Below are positions 50,805 through 61,225 of a stretch of 64,000 bases of DNA, in pieces. Position numbers and translations under genes: made by a program. The number at the start of each line of letters is the position of its first letter. The first letter of the stretch is position 1. The stretch covers positions 2,784,001-2,848,000 of the forward strand of contig CAWIAD010000002.1 in the NCBI GenBank assembly GCA_963833985.1, read 5' to 3'. The notes beneath the pieces were generated by a model that saw only the letters and a list, made by a program, of their open reading frames with translations, had not been told where the DNA came from and did no database searches. The DNA comes from an uncultured Planctomycetaceae bacterium (GTDB lineage Bacteria > Planctomycetota > Planctomycetia > Isosphaerales > Isosphaeraceae).

Positions 50805-51094
50805 CTCCCAGGTACTCAGGACGAACCTCCCGGCGCAGCAGGCGACTGGCCGCCCCTGGTGCGCCTGAGAGTGGGGTCGACGAACTCGAAGCGTGACCGA
50901 GCCGGTCGTCGAGCAGGCTGATGACCTGGCTCGACCTGCCGGGGACGGCCGCCCGGTGGCCCCCGCCGTCTCCATCCGGTAAGATGGCGCACAGGTACCC
51001 GCGCTCTGCTGCGCGTTCCCGATGCCGGACCGAAAGCATGCCCCGGCGCCTGGGGTTGACGGGTACCTCGATCGGTCCGGAGCGGAGCCCTCAC

Positions 51095-52676
51095 ATGGCG
51101 GTCTCGTCCAGCCCATGGACCCAGGCGGTGGACAGCGTTGTCCATGCTCGGGGTGCCTTGCCGATCGCTCTCCTGCTCGCGGGGCATTTCCTCTTCCTGG
51201 CAGCCTTTTTCGCACCGGCGATCTCAACCCCTGATGCGAATGGGTACATGGCCCAGGCGCGGCTGATCGCGCGGCAGGGGCGGACGGACATCGTGGTCGA
51301 ATCGCCCGCGCAGTACGTGGGCGACCACTGGATGCCCGTGGCCGACGGCGAGTACTACGGGCAATATCCGCCGGGACTGCCTGCGTTGCTGGCGCTGGTC
51401 TTCAGGCCGCTGGGTTGGTATGCCACGCTCTGGGTGATCCCGATCCTTGGCTCGCTGTCGCTGCTGGGGCTCTATCTCGTGGTCCGAGACTGGGTCGGGC
51501 CGGAATGGGCGCTTCTGGCCGCGGTGCTCATGGCGGTCAATCCGTTCGCGAACAAGCATGCGCTGGGGGCGGACTCGCACACGGCCGTCTGCTTCTTTCT
51601 GATCTGGGCGCTGTACGCGCTGGTGCGCTGGGAGCGCAGCCGCGCGCCGGGGTGGGCCGCCCTGGTGGGGTTCTGCCTGGGCGTCATCCCCAGCATCCGC
51701 TACGCCGAAACACTGTTCCTCGTTCCCTTCGTTGTGTACGTTCTGGCCAGCCCGCCGCGCGGTGGCCGCTGGTGGCGGTCGATGCTGACGGCGCTGGTGT
51801 GTGCCAGTGTCCCGCTGATCGCCCTGGCCGTGCGCAACCAGGTCGCATTCGGTGCCTTCTGGAAGACCGGCTACAGCGTCTCTGGTGAGCAGACCGTATT
51901 CGGCCTGGGATACTTCGTGCGGCACGCGATCCCCTACCTGGTGATGCTGCTGATCCTGGGCGTGGCACTGCACTGGGGCCTTCCCTATTCCACGATCGCG
52001 CTGTACCGCCTGAAACAGGAAAACCTGGCCATCGCCCGGGTGACGCGGGCGGTGCAGGAGCACGTGCAGCCTGGCAGTGTGCTGATCGCGCAGAGCGGAC
52101 TGTTGCAGCACCTCGATTATCTGGGCGACTGGCGGCTGGCCCCCGAGGAAGCGTTCGAGCGGCCGGTGCGTCACTCCGGGCCGCGCGGTCCGGGAGCACA
52201 GTGGAGCGAGGAGGCGGCCGAGCCCGGTTCGAGTCCCGCCGGGTACGCCCGCGGCTTCCTGGGCGACATCGCGCGCTGGGCGGGCCCCGCGGGGCAGGTG
52301 TACTGGCTGACGACCGCGGATCAACTCCAGGCTATTCGCGCGCGCCTCGGGCCGGAGGCGGGCCACTGCGAGCCGATCGCGGAGGTTCATGTCGACCTGC
52401 GCCGGTCCGGGTCCGCCACGCTTCGGCGGCGGTTCTCCGGACGCGCGCCGCGGTGGCCCGCCCCGCGGCCCGGGAATGTTTCCCTGGGCCGGGCCGCCGC
52501 CCGGCGGCATGAACCTTCCGGGCCCTCCCGCGCACTTCGACCCTCCCGAGGACGGCCAGTTCGTGCTCATCCGCTGGACGCCGCACGCGACTTCCCGCGC
52601 GGCGACTCCGAGCGGGGCAGGGGGAGGCGGATCGATCGCACTGCGGCTCCAACCTTTGCATTCTGTAGCATATTGA
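51095..52676 (+). CDS. GT39-like membrane glycosyltransferase, frameshift near 52395
   Basis: PDANGY, YPPGLP and IRYAE motifs, many TMs. Probable true C-terminus ...PPEDGQFVLIRW... lies in another frame ending at 52676. Confidence 0.6.
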
Positions 52677-52693
52677 TTGAAAGATTATTGAAC

Positions 52694-54790
52694 ATGTTCA
52701 TCCTGAATTCAGGTGGCCGTCTCGTCCGGTTCTTGACGCGTTCCTTCTCCCGAACCACAGGCGTGGACAATCGCCCGTCGGGGCGCTCGCGTCATCAGTC
52801 ATCCTGCCGGCTCGTGGAGCGGCTCGAGCGGAGGGAGCTGCTGGCGACGCTGATGGTCTCCACCCTGGCCGACTCCGGGCCGGGCTCACTCCGCGCGGAG
52901 ATCTCGCAGGGCAACGTGGATACGAGCCCGGATACGATCACCTTCGGTCCCGGGGTGGTCGGGACCATCGTGCTGGTCTCCCCTTTGCCGGACCTGTCCG
53001 CAACGCTCTCGATCATGGGTCCCGGGTCCTCGGCGCTGGCGGTCGCGAGGAGCAGCGCCTTCGGAACGCCCTCGTTCCGAATCTTCAGCGTGGCTCAAGG
53101 CGCACGCGTCGTGATGTCCGGACTGACCATCACGGGAGGGAGCTTCACGGCGGTGCCGCCGACGGGAACCGATGGCGCGGGGATCCATAACGCCGGCGTG
53201 CTCACGCTCAGCGGCTGCACCATCGAGAACAATTCCAGCTCCGGCAATGGCGGAGGCATCCTGAACTCCGGCACCCTGTCGCTCATCGATTCATCGGTGA
53301 GCGGCAACAGCGCGGGGTTCGAGGGGGGCGGAATCGAGAGCTGGGGCACGCTCACGGTGAAAAACTCTATGATCGGCAACAACACGGCCGGAACATCGGG
53401 TGGCGGAATCAACAGCAATTACCCTGGGAGCCTGAATCTGGTGGGTTCGACCGTCTCCGGCAACATGGCGGATGGGACCGGAGGGCGTGGTGGCGGCGTG
53501 GGCGGGGGCATCTTCAGCGAGGGTCCGATCACGGTCAGCAACTCCACCTTGAGCGACAACACCGCCATCGGTGAGGTCCAGTATGGCGGCGGAGCGGGAG
53601 GCGGGATCATCTGCTCCAACCCGCCTTTCGGACTGACGATCACCGGCTCGACCGTCAGCGGCAACAAGGTGGTCACGGTCGGCGGCGTTTCGGGATTCAC
53701 CGGGCAGGGGGGCGGCATCTGGTGCGGCAATGCTCCGCTGCTCATGACCAACTGCACCGTGAGCGGCAATAGCGCCTTCGACGGCGGCGGAATTCTCGGC
53801 TCTCTCGGCCGCATCGTGTTCTCGACGATCAGCGACAACTCGGCAACGCGCGGCGGTGGCATCGCGCTCTCGGAGCTTCAGGGGCCGGTGCTGACGCTCG
53901 GCGACTCGCTCCTCTCCAATCCTCAGGGTGGAAACCTGGCGCTGTCCTTCAACTCGAACGGTTCCTACGTGTCTCTGGGACACAACCTCTTCTCCGACGT
54001 TCCGCCGATCGCTCTGGCTGCGACCGACCTCGTGAACACCAACCCGCTGCTTGGTCCACTGGGCGATCACGGTGGACCTACCTTCACACGGGCGTTGCTG
54101 CCGGGCAGTCCGGCCATCGACGCCGGTGTGACCATCGGCGGGGTTCTGACCGACCAGCGCGGGATTTTCCGTCCTCAGGGTAAGGCGCCGGACATCGGCG
54201 CGTTCGAGGTCGAAGCGACGTCGCCGACGGTCATCCTCCTGCAACGCCTCGGGGTCCACGACCAGCCGACCTCCTTGCTGGTCACGTTCAGCTTGCCCAT
54301 CGATCCCATGCGCGCCGAGGACCTCGCGAATTACCGCTTGGTCTGGTCCGGCCCGGATGCGAAGTTCGGCACCAGGGACGGTCGACTGATCCCGATCGTG
54401 ACGGCCCGGTACGATGCCGCGACGCAGACGGTGACTCTCCGTCCGCGGTGGCGTTTGCCGCTCCGCGACACGTTCCGGCTCACGGTGGTCGGCACGCCGC
54501 CTGGCGGACTGGCCACCCCGACGGCGGCCTACCTCGCTGGCTCACCGGGCGCCCGGCCAGGCACGAACTACGTCGCGCGGATCACGGGCAAATTACTGTC
54601 GCCACCAATCGAGCATCCCCGGGCGCAGCGGGCAGCCGCGGTCCGCGAACACGCATCTCGATCCAGACCCGGTCCCGTCCCCGTTCCCATCCATTCAGCG
54701 CGCTCGCTGTCTGGCTGGCACCGGGCAACTGCCGCCAGGCCGCGTGCCAGGGTGTTCCACCCGGCTACCTTGTCGCCGCTGCCGCGGTAG
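52694..54790 (+). CDS. Exported parallel beta-helix (choice-of-anchor Q / GGG-I repeat) protein
   Basis: ERLERRELLA motif, DSGPGSLR, repeated GNxA...GGGI, LGPLGDHGGPTFT...GSPAIDAG...DQRG...DIGAFE. Confidence 0.85.
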   Translation: MFILNSGGRLVRFLTRSFSRTTGVDNRPSGRSRHQSSCRLVERLERRELLATLMVSTLADSGPGSLRAEISQGNVDTSPDTITFGPGVVGTIVLVSPLPDLSATLSIMGPGSSALAVARSSAFGTPSFRIFSVAQGARVVMSGLTITGGSFTAVPPTGTDGAGIHNAGVLTLSGCTIENNSSSGNGGGILNSGTLSLIDSSVSGNSAGFEGGGIESWGTLTVKNSMIGNNTAGTSGGGINSNYPGSLNLVGSTVSGNMADGTGGRGGGVGGGIFSEGPITVSNSTLSDNTAIGEVQYGGGAGGGIICSNPPFGLTITGSTVSGNKVVTVGGVSGFTGQGGGIWCGNAPLLMTNCTVSGNSAFDGGGILGSLGRIVFSTISDNSATRGGGIALSELQGPVLTLGDSLLSNPQGGNLALSFNSNGSYVSLGHNLFSDVPPIALAATDLVNTNPLLGPLGDHGGPTFTRALLPGSPAIDAGVTIGGVLTDQRGIFRPQGKAPDIGAFEVEATSPTVILLQRLGVHDQPTSLLVTFSLPIDPMRAEDLANYRLVWSGPDAKFGTRDGRLIPIVTARYDAATQTVTLRPRWRLPLRDTFRLTVVGTPPGGLATPTAAYLAGSPGARPGTNYVARITGKLLSPPIEHPRAQRAAAVREHASRSRPGPVPVPIHSARSLSGWHRATAARPRARVFHPATLSPLPR

Positions 54791-54874
54791 GCTGCGGTCC
54801 GGAAGCGGTAGTCCATGCCGGGTGCACGCACAGCCTTCGCATGGTTCTGAAGATTCATTGATCATTCATTCGAA

Positions 54875-56188
54875 TCATGCATCAATATTGATCGGAGAAC
54901 CTTGGGTCAGTCCCCCCGCGGTCCAGTCACAGTGCCAGCCCGGGAAGGCCACCTGCGGGTAGGGGTCCGGGGCAATCAGGTCCCGGGACTCGTGCACAAC
55001 CTCGAACTGGCGATCGGCCCGCACCCGGCCGAGACGGAATCGCTTGTATGCGTGCTGAGTCTTCGGGTCGATGGTGAGCGTCCCTCCGGGCGCGTCGAAC
55101 TCGATGCCTGCGCAAGGCCTGCCGGACCCGCTCCACCTCGAATCCGCCGGCTTTTTCCACGGCCAGCTTCCAGAGATGCACCTGGGAGTACGCGGCCTCG
55201 ATGGGGTCATCGGTCACGCGGTCGTAGCCGAACTCGCTTTGAAACCGGTCGATGAATTCCCGGTTCTTCGACGACTCGACGCTTTGGAAGTAGCTCCACA
55301 CGGAGTAATGACCCGCGACACGCGACGGCAGGATCCCCCGCAATTCGTCCTCGCCGACACTCGTGGCCAGCACCGGGAGCTGCTTTGCGGTGATCCCCTG
55401 CGCGGCCAGTTCATCGTAAAAGCTGGCGTTACTGTCGCCGTTGATCGTACTGATGATGGCATCCGGATCGGCCTTGCGAATGTTCTGGATGGTCTCCTTG
55501 AAATCACGATGGCCGAGCGGTACGTAGGTCTTGCCCACGATGCGGGCGCTGCGCCCTGCAAGCACCTGGTGATGATGTAGTTGGCCGTACGCGGGAAGAC
55601 GTAGTCCGAGCCGATCAGGTAGAGTCGCTTGCGAGCGCCCGCGGCCTCGCTCATGAGCCAGTCGATGGCTGGCAGAATTTGCTGGTTGGGCGTGGCGCCC
55701 GTGTAGACGATGTTGCGTGAAGACTCGTTTCCCTCGTACTGGACCGGGTAGAAGAGCAGGCCGTCGAGCTCCTCGAACACCGGCAGCACGGCCTTGCGGC
55801 TCGCGGATGTCCAGCAGCCGAACACGACGGCGACCTTGTCCTCGACAAGCAGCTTCCGGGCCTTCTTCGGGAAGACCGTCGTGAACCGCGAGCGCCCGTC
55901 CTCGACGACGGGTTCGAGCTGGCGGCCGAGGATTCCGCCCGACGCGTTGATCTCCTCGATGGCCAGGATCTCGGCGTCGCGCAGCGAGGTCTCGCTGATC
56001 GACATCGTTCCGGTCTGCGAGTGCAGGATGCCCACCTTGACCTTCTCCGGGCGCGTGCGAAAGCCCGGGACGCAACCGGACGTGACCAGCGGCGCCACCG
56101 TGTTCGTCGCGGCCAGGGCCAGCGCGCGGCCCCACTGTCGGATGTGGTCGCGGCGCGTCGATGCGCCGGTCTGGATGCCGCTGGTCAT
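54875..56188 (-). CDS. UrtA/AmiC-like urea/amide substrate-binding protein, frameshifts near 55560 and 55110
   Basis: [56 protein letters not shown] and DPIEAAY. Twin-arginine-like N-terminus. Confidence 0.85.
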
Positions 56189-56226
56189 CTTCGAGCCCTT
56201 CCTCCGTCAGCCATCTGTCCATTCAA

Positions 56227-57018
56227 TCAGTAGGAGTCCTCGATCATCATCCTGTGCAGGTTCTCGAACGCCTCGGGAGTCACGCTCACCTCGCCCCGGA
56301 ACGGGTTGTCCATCGCCGCGATCAGGAAGATCATGGCCCCCAGAAAAAAGGCAAGCAACCCTCCCAGGACAAGCTGGGTGATGAGCCGCATCTCGAACAT
56401 CCACAGGAACGCGAGGTTGATGGCGGCGCCCAGGATGACAACGTACCAGAGGACGGCGGGGATTCCGGTCGTGACGGTGTTGATGCGCATCCGACGCGCC
56501 TCGAGGAACGTGTTGAACTGGCGGAGGGTCTCGGCGTGGAGGATCTCCTCGGCCTTCGTCTGCGGCTGAAATGTGGTGAGCCGCTCCTGAAAGGCCACCA
56601 CGCGCACCTGGCCTTCCTCCGGGATGATTCCGCGCTGCTGGAGCGGCCAGGCATACTTGACCACGTAGCGGCAGTAGTCGCGCAGCAGCCAGCGCAGGTT
56701 CTGGTTGTAGGGCTCGGGGAAGCTCTTGCAATCCAGGTACAGGGCCGAAAGTGTGACCACTTCTTTCGAGACGTTTGATTCCACCTCGCTCAGGTTCTGG
56801 TACGAAGCCACCGCGATCAGGCCCAGCAGCAGGCCGTAAAAGACACCGAAGCAGGAGAGAATGTGGCCGACGATGTCATTGGACCCGGAGGTCGACCGCA
56901 CGATCAACCGAAGGATCGGCCGGATTACGAGACAGCCCGCCCAGAAGACCCCGACAAATGTGCCCGAAACCAGGAGCGCCAGTTCCGTGCTCGAGAAGTC
57001 ATAAATCCAGTAAAACAT
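56227..57018 (-). CDS. DUF4239-like membrane protein
   Basis: GVFYGLLLGLIAVASY, RRMRI...IPAVLW and MDNPFRGEVSV motifs. Start MFYWIYD. Confidence 0.75.
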   Translation of the reverse strand: MFYWIYDFSSTELALLVSGTFVGVFWAGCLVIRPILRLIVRSTSGSNDIVGHILSCFGVFYGLLLGLIAVASYQNLSEVESNVSKEVVTLSALYLDCKSFPEPYNQNLRWLLRDYCRYVVKYAWPLQQRGIIPEEGQVRVVAFQERLTTFQPQTKAEEILHAETLRQFNTFLEARRMRINTVTTGIPAVLWYVVILGAAINLAFLWMFEMRLITQLVLGGLLAFFLGAMIFLIAAMDNPFRGEVSVTPEAFENLHRMMIEDSY

Positions 57019-57097
57019 GTCGCAGGCCCTCTCCGTCGCAACGCAGCAGAAAGGCTTCCTCGATCGGCGACGAGGCGGAGATCCGCTGCATGGACCG

Positions 57098-57149
57098 CCA
57101 GCACCAGCACCAGCACCGGCACCGGCACCAGCACCAGCACCAGCACCGG
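57098..57149. repeat. Intergenic hexamer microsatellite (GCACC[A/G])n
   Basis: About 8 tandem units visible between divergent genes. Confidence 0.85.
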
Positions 57150-57467
57150 TCGCCAGAGCCGGTATGGGGCATGGGACGCCGGTCTGGCCCGGAAGCTCTC
57201 CGGCCATGGCTGCTGGATACCTACTGCACAGGCTCTCGCCAATCATGGCCTGGCCTGCTGGGTGGTACAAGCCGGAAGCCCGCAAATGGCGCCGGGGAGT
57301 GGTCAGGTCGCGCCGTCTGTCATGCTCCGCTGCCGCAATCCGGGCCGTTCCGTTCCGTCCTTTCCTTTCCTGTGTCTTCGTCTTTCTGTACGCAAGATCA
57401 GCAAGGTACAATGGGGGGTGCTCACGCAGAGCTGGCGATGGCGATGGGCACCAGGGAGGACGCTACG

Positions 57468-59497
57468 ATGGGAGTGATCCGTCAGTTACCGCAGTCGGTG
57501 GTGAACCAGATCGCCGCGGGCGAGGTGGTGGAGCGGCCGGCGAGCGTGGTCAAGGAACTGCTTGAAAACGCCATCGACGCCGGCGCCACACGCGTGGACG
57601 TGAGCGTGGAGCGCGGGGGGAAGGACCTGGTGCGGATCGCCGACAACGGCCTGGGGATGGCCCCGGAGGACCTCACCCTGGCGTTTCAGCCGCACGCGAC
57701 CAGCAAGCTGACGGACGTGGACGATCTCTGCCGGGTGCGCACGCTCGGGTTTCGCGGCGAGGCGCTGGCGGCCATTGCCGAGGTGTCGCGGGTACGCTGC
57801 CAGACGCGGCAGGCCGACGCAACGGAAGGCTCGGAGATCGCGATCGAGGCGGGGATTGCCGGCCCGATCAAGACCTGCGGGTGCCCGCCTGGCACCATGA
57901 TGGAGGTGCGTAACCTGTTCTTCAATACGCCCGTCCGGCGCACCTTCCTGAAATCCGACAGCACCGAGGCCGGGCACGTCGCCGAGACGTTCTCGCGGAT
58001 CGCCCTGGCGCACCCGGAGGTCCACCTCACGTTCCGCTCCGGCGGCAAGATCGTCCACGACCTGCCGCCGGTGACCGGCATGCGCGAGCGGATCGCCATC
58101 TTCTTCGGCCGCGAGCTGGCCGAATCGCTGCTCTGGATCGAGGGGAAGCTCGACAGCCTGTCGCTCTGGGGCTACGTCGCCCACCCGTCGCAGAGCCGGT
58201 CGAGCAACAAGGCCCAGTTCCTCTTCCTGGGAGGGCGCTTCGTCCGCGACCGCTCGCTCAGCCACGCACTGAGCGAGGCCTACCGCGGGCTCCTCATGGT
58301 CGGCCGCAACCCGATCGCCTTCCTGCACCTGGAGATTCCACCCGAGGAAGTGGACGTGAACGTGCACCCGACGAAGATCGAGGTCCGGTTCCGCGACCCC
58401 CAGCGCGTTTACAGCCACCTCCTTTCCACCCTCCGCCAGACGTTCCTCGCCAGCGACCTGCACGCCCGGCTTCAGTCCGCCCAGGATCAGCCTGCCGAAC
58501 CGGCAGGCACCATGGATGACCGGGTCGGCTTCACCGCCGGCGGCCTTGACCGGGCTGGCAGCGCCGGCTTCGCCGCGGGAACCAGCCCGGGCGCCCACGC
58601 TGGCCCCGCTCCGGGCACGGGCGCGACCTACGAGCTGTCGGCACGGGCTCCCGACCGGCAGCTCGTCTCCTCGTGGTTCGAACCGTCATCCTCCGGGCGG
58701 CCGGCGCCGGCGATCCCGGACTCGGTGGGCCGCGTGGAGCCGCCTGCGTGGTCCCGGTCGCTCCCGGGTCAATTCCAGTTCGAAGGCGCGGACAGCTTCA
58801 ATGAGTTCTCGGGCCCGGCGGAATTCTCGGGCCCGGCGGCACGGCCGGGGGCGTCCGGCTCCGGCAGCGAACCAGGCTCCCACACCAACGGGGATGCGGG
58901 TCTGCCGCCGGACCGTCCCGGACCTTTGCCTCCCCGCGCGATCCAGGTGCACGACAGCTACCTGATCGCCGAGACCAGCGACGGCATGATGGTCATCGAT
59001 CAGCACGCGCTGCACGAGCGGATCCTCTACGAGGAGCTCCGCCAGCGGGTGGCCGCGGGCAAGGCGGAATCGCAGGGCCTGCTCGTGCCCGAGCCGGTTC
59101 ACCTGAGTGCCGATGAGGCCGCCGTGATCCTCGAGCAGCGCGCGCTGCTGGCCGAGCTGGGCCTGGATGTGGAGCCCTTCGGCGGCGATACGGTCGTGGT
59201 GCGCGGCACGCCTGCGATGCTGGCTCATCTGCCGCCCGACCGCCTGGTCCGCGACCTGGCCGAGCATCTGCACGCCCAGCCCGTCCCCCCGTCGCGTGAT
59301 GCACTCCTGGCCGACATCCTGCACACCGTCGCCTGCAAGGCGGCCGTGAAGGCCGGCGACCGGCTCGGGCCCGAGGAGATCGAGGCCCTGCTGCGCGCAG
59401 GCACCTGGTGGCCGACTCGCACCATTGCCCGCACGGCCGCCCCACGGCGCTGGTCTTCACCAAGGCCGAGCTGGAGAAACAGTTCGGCAGGACCTGA
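57468..59497 (+). CDS. mutL: DNA mismatch repair endonuclease MutL, frameshift near 59397
   Basis: [50 protein letters not shown] and ACKAAVK. CPHGRP...FGRT stop lies in the shifted frame. Confidence 0.95.
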
Positions 59498-59546
59498 TCG
59501 TTCAATTCATCCAGGGCAAGGGCGACCGGACACACCCCTACAACGT

Positions 59547-60622
59547 TCAGGCCAGGCAAAGGCCCATTCGAATCGACCGGTTCAGGGACCGGCGCACCAC
59601 GGGCCAGACGCGGTCGGGAGTGAGCTCGGTGAAGCAGTCGAGCCGATCGCACGTCTTCCGGCAGCTCGATGCACACGGCACCTGGCTCTGAACGGCGGAG
59701 ACATTGCGGCCGTAAGGACCCGTGAGTGCTGGGTTCGTGCATGTGTAAATGCCGACAACACTCGCGTCGGCGGCAGCCGCCACGTGCAAGGGGCCCGAAT
59801 CGTTCGAGACGAACAGGTCCGCCTGCCGCGCCAGCGCGGCGAGCCGCGGCAGCGTCGTCCTGCCGGTGAGGTCCAGCAGGGGCAGCGGATCAAGGGCGCC
59901 GGCCAGTGCGCTCGCAAGCGGGGCATCCTCGGCAGCTCCCACGCAGATCAGCCCCGCGCCGAATTCCGTGGCGGTGCGCCGGGCGATCTCGGCGAAGTGT
60001 TCCACGGGCCAGCGCTTGGTGACCCAGCGGGCGCCGAGGTTGAGGACCAGCCGCGGGCTCGGGACGCCCTCGAGCACCTGCCCGGCCCAGAACGTGTCCT
60101 TGTCGCTGGTGCAGACCTGGAAGGACGGCTCGAACCCCGCCAGACCAAGGCATTCGACCACGCGGACCACGCGATCCACGGCGTGCATCCGCAGCCGCGA
60201 GGCGGTCACCTGGTGGGTGTAAAACCAGCGCGCGCCCTCGCGTGCGTCGGCCATGCCGACACGCACCGCGCGCGGGTCGCCGCGGTCATCAGGCCGGATC
60301 GCAGCAGTCCTTGCAGATCGATGGTCAGGTCGAACCCGTGCGCCAGCAGCCGGCGGCAAACCCGGCCGATTCCGGCGACCCCGCTGGATGAGATCCCGGT
60401 TTTGCCTCGATCGAAGACGATCACCCGAGCGAGGAGCGGATGATGATCGAGCAGGCCGCGGAACGCGGCGCTGACCACCCAGGTGATCTCGGCCTCGGGA
60501 AAGAGATGGTGAAGGCCAGGCAAGATGCAAAGGCTGTGGGAGATATCACCCAGCGAGCTTGGCTTGATGATGCAAATTTTCCGAGGCTTCAGCCTCCGCA
60601 CCCGATTGGCCAGGTTTTCCAT
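59547..60622 (-). CDS. Glycosyltransferase family 9 (heptosyltransferase-like), frameshift near 60270
   Basis: IIKPSSLGDI, IDLQGLLRS, KRWP and SNDSGPLHVAAA motifs. Confidence 0.88.
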
Positions 60623-61225
60623 GAGAGAAGGCCTTCCTTTGCAAGGAGAAGTTCGGTCGCAAACGCCCGGGGAGCGGATCGGGCAGCGCAGGGCCCGATT
60701 TTCGTGCCCCTCCGGACGGGACATGACCCAGGACAACCGATGCGCCCGCCTCAGCGCTCCCGGCCACCGGGCCGCCGGGCGGAGCAGTGCCCGGTCGGGA
60801 CAAGATTCAGAGGACAGATCCTGGCCGCGGCAAAGCATGTCGCCGGGCCACGGCGTGTCCGCGCACGGCCGGCAGCCCCTGGGGGGACAGGATTGCCCAG
60901 ACCACAAGAAGGAGGACACGCGCCCGCGGCACCGAACCTGGCGGGTTCAAAGGGCCTTTACTCCGACCCGCGCTGGCCGGCGTGCGGCCTCCGCAACAGG
61001 AATCGCGCTTTCTGGCTCGGAGCGCGCGCTCAGGATGAGAAATCGATCGCGCGGCCGGCCGTCTCGCCGGTCCGCGAGGCGAGCGGCTTGCGAACGGGTC
61101 CGCGACGTCCCACTATCCTTGAGCGGCTGGGTTCTCGTACAATCAACGACCTTGATAGGGGCCTGTTTCCGAGGGTCGTGGTCAAGGCATCCGGGCGCAG
61201 GTTCTTGAAAACGGGGCCTGTCAGT

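Noticed and set aside
50921..54790. 1289-aa glycosyltransferase/beta-helix fusion protein
   Set aside because: The join passes through non-protein-like sequence after a frameshift near 52395. The second half has its own ATG (52694) and export motif, so these are two genes.
57098..57149. Hexamer repeat as a coding GAGAGA or HQHQ tract
   Set aside because: It lies upstream of the plausible starts of both divergent genes, so it is treated as an intergenic microsatellite.
56775..60443. 1222-aa giant MutL
   Set aside because: The real start is MGVIRQL at 57468. The extension past 59397 is frameshift read-through antisense to the GT9 gene.
60884..60897. GGGACAGGATTGCC as a fifth copy of the island motif
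   Set aside because: It needs a gap and mismatches, has no inverted partner and no adjacent stutter, so it is likely chance.
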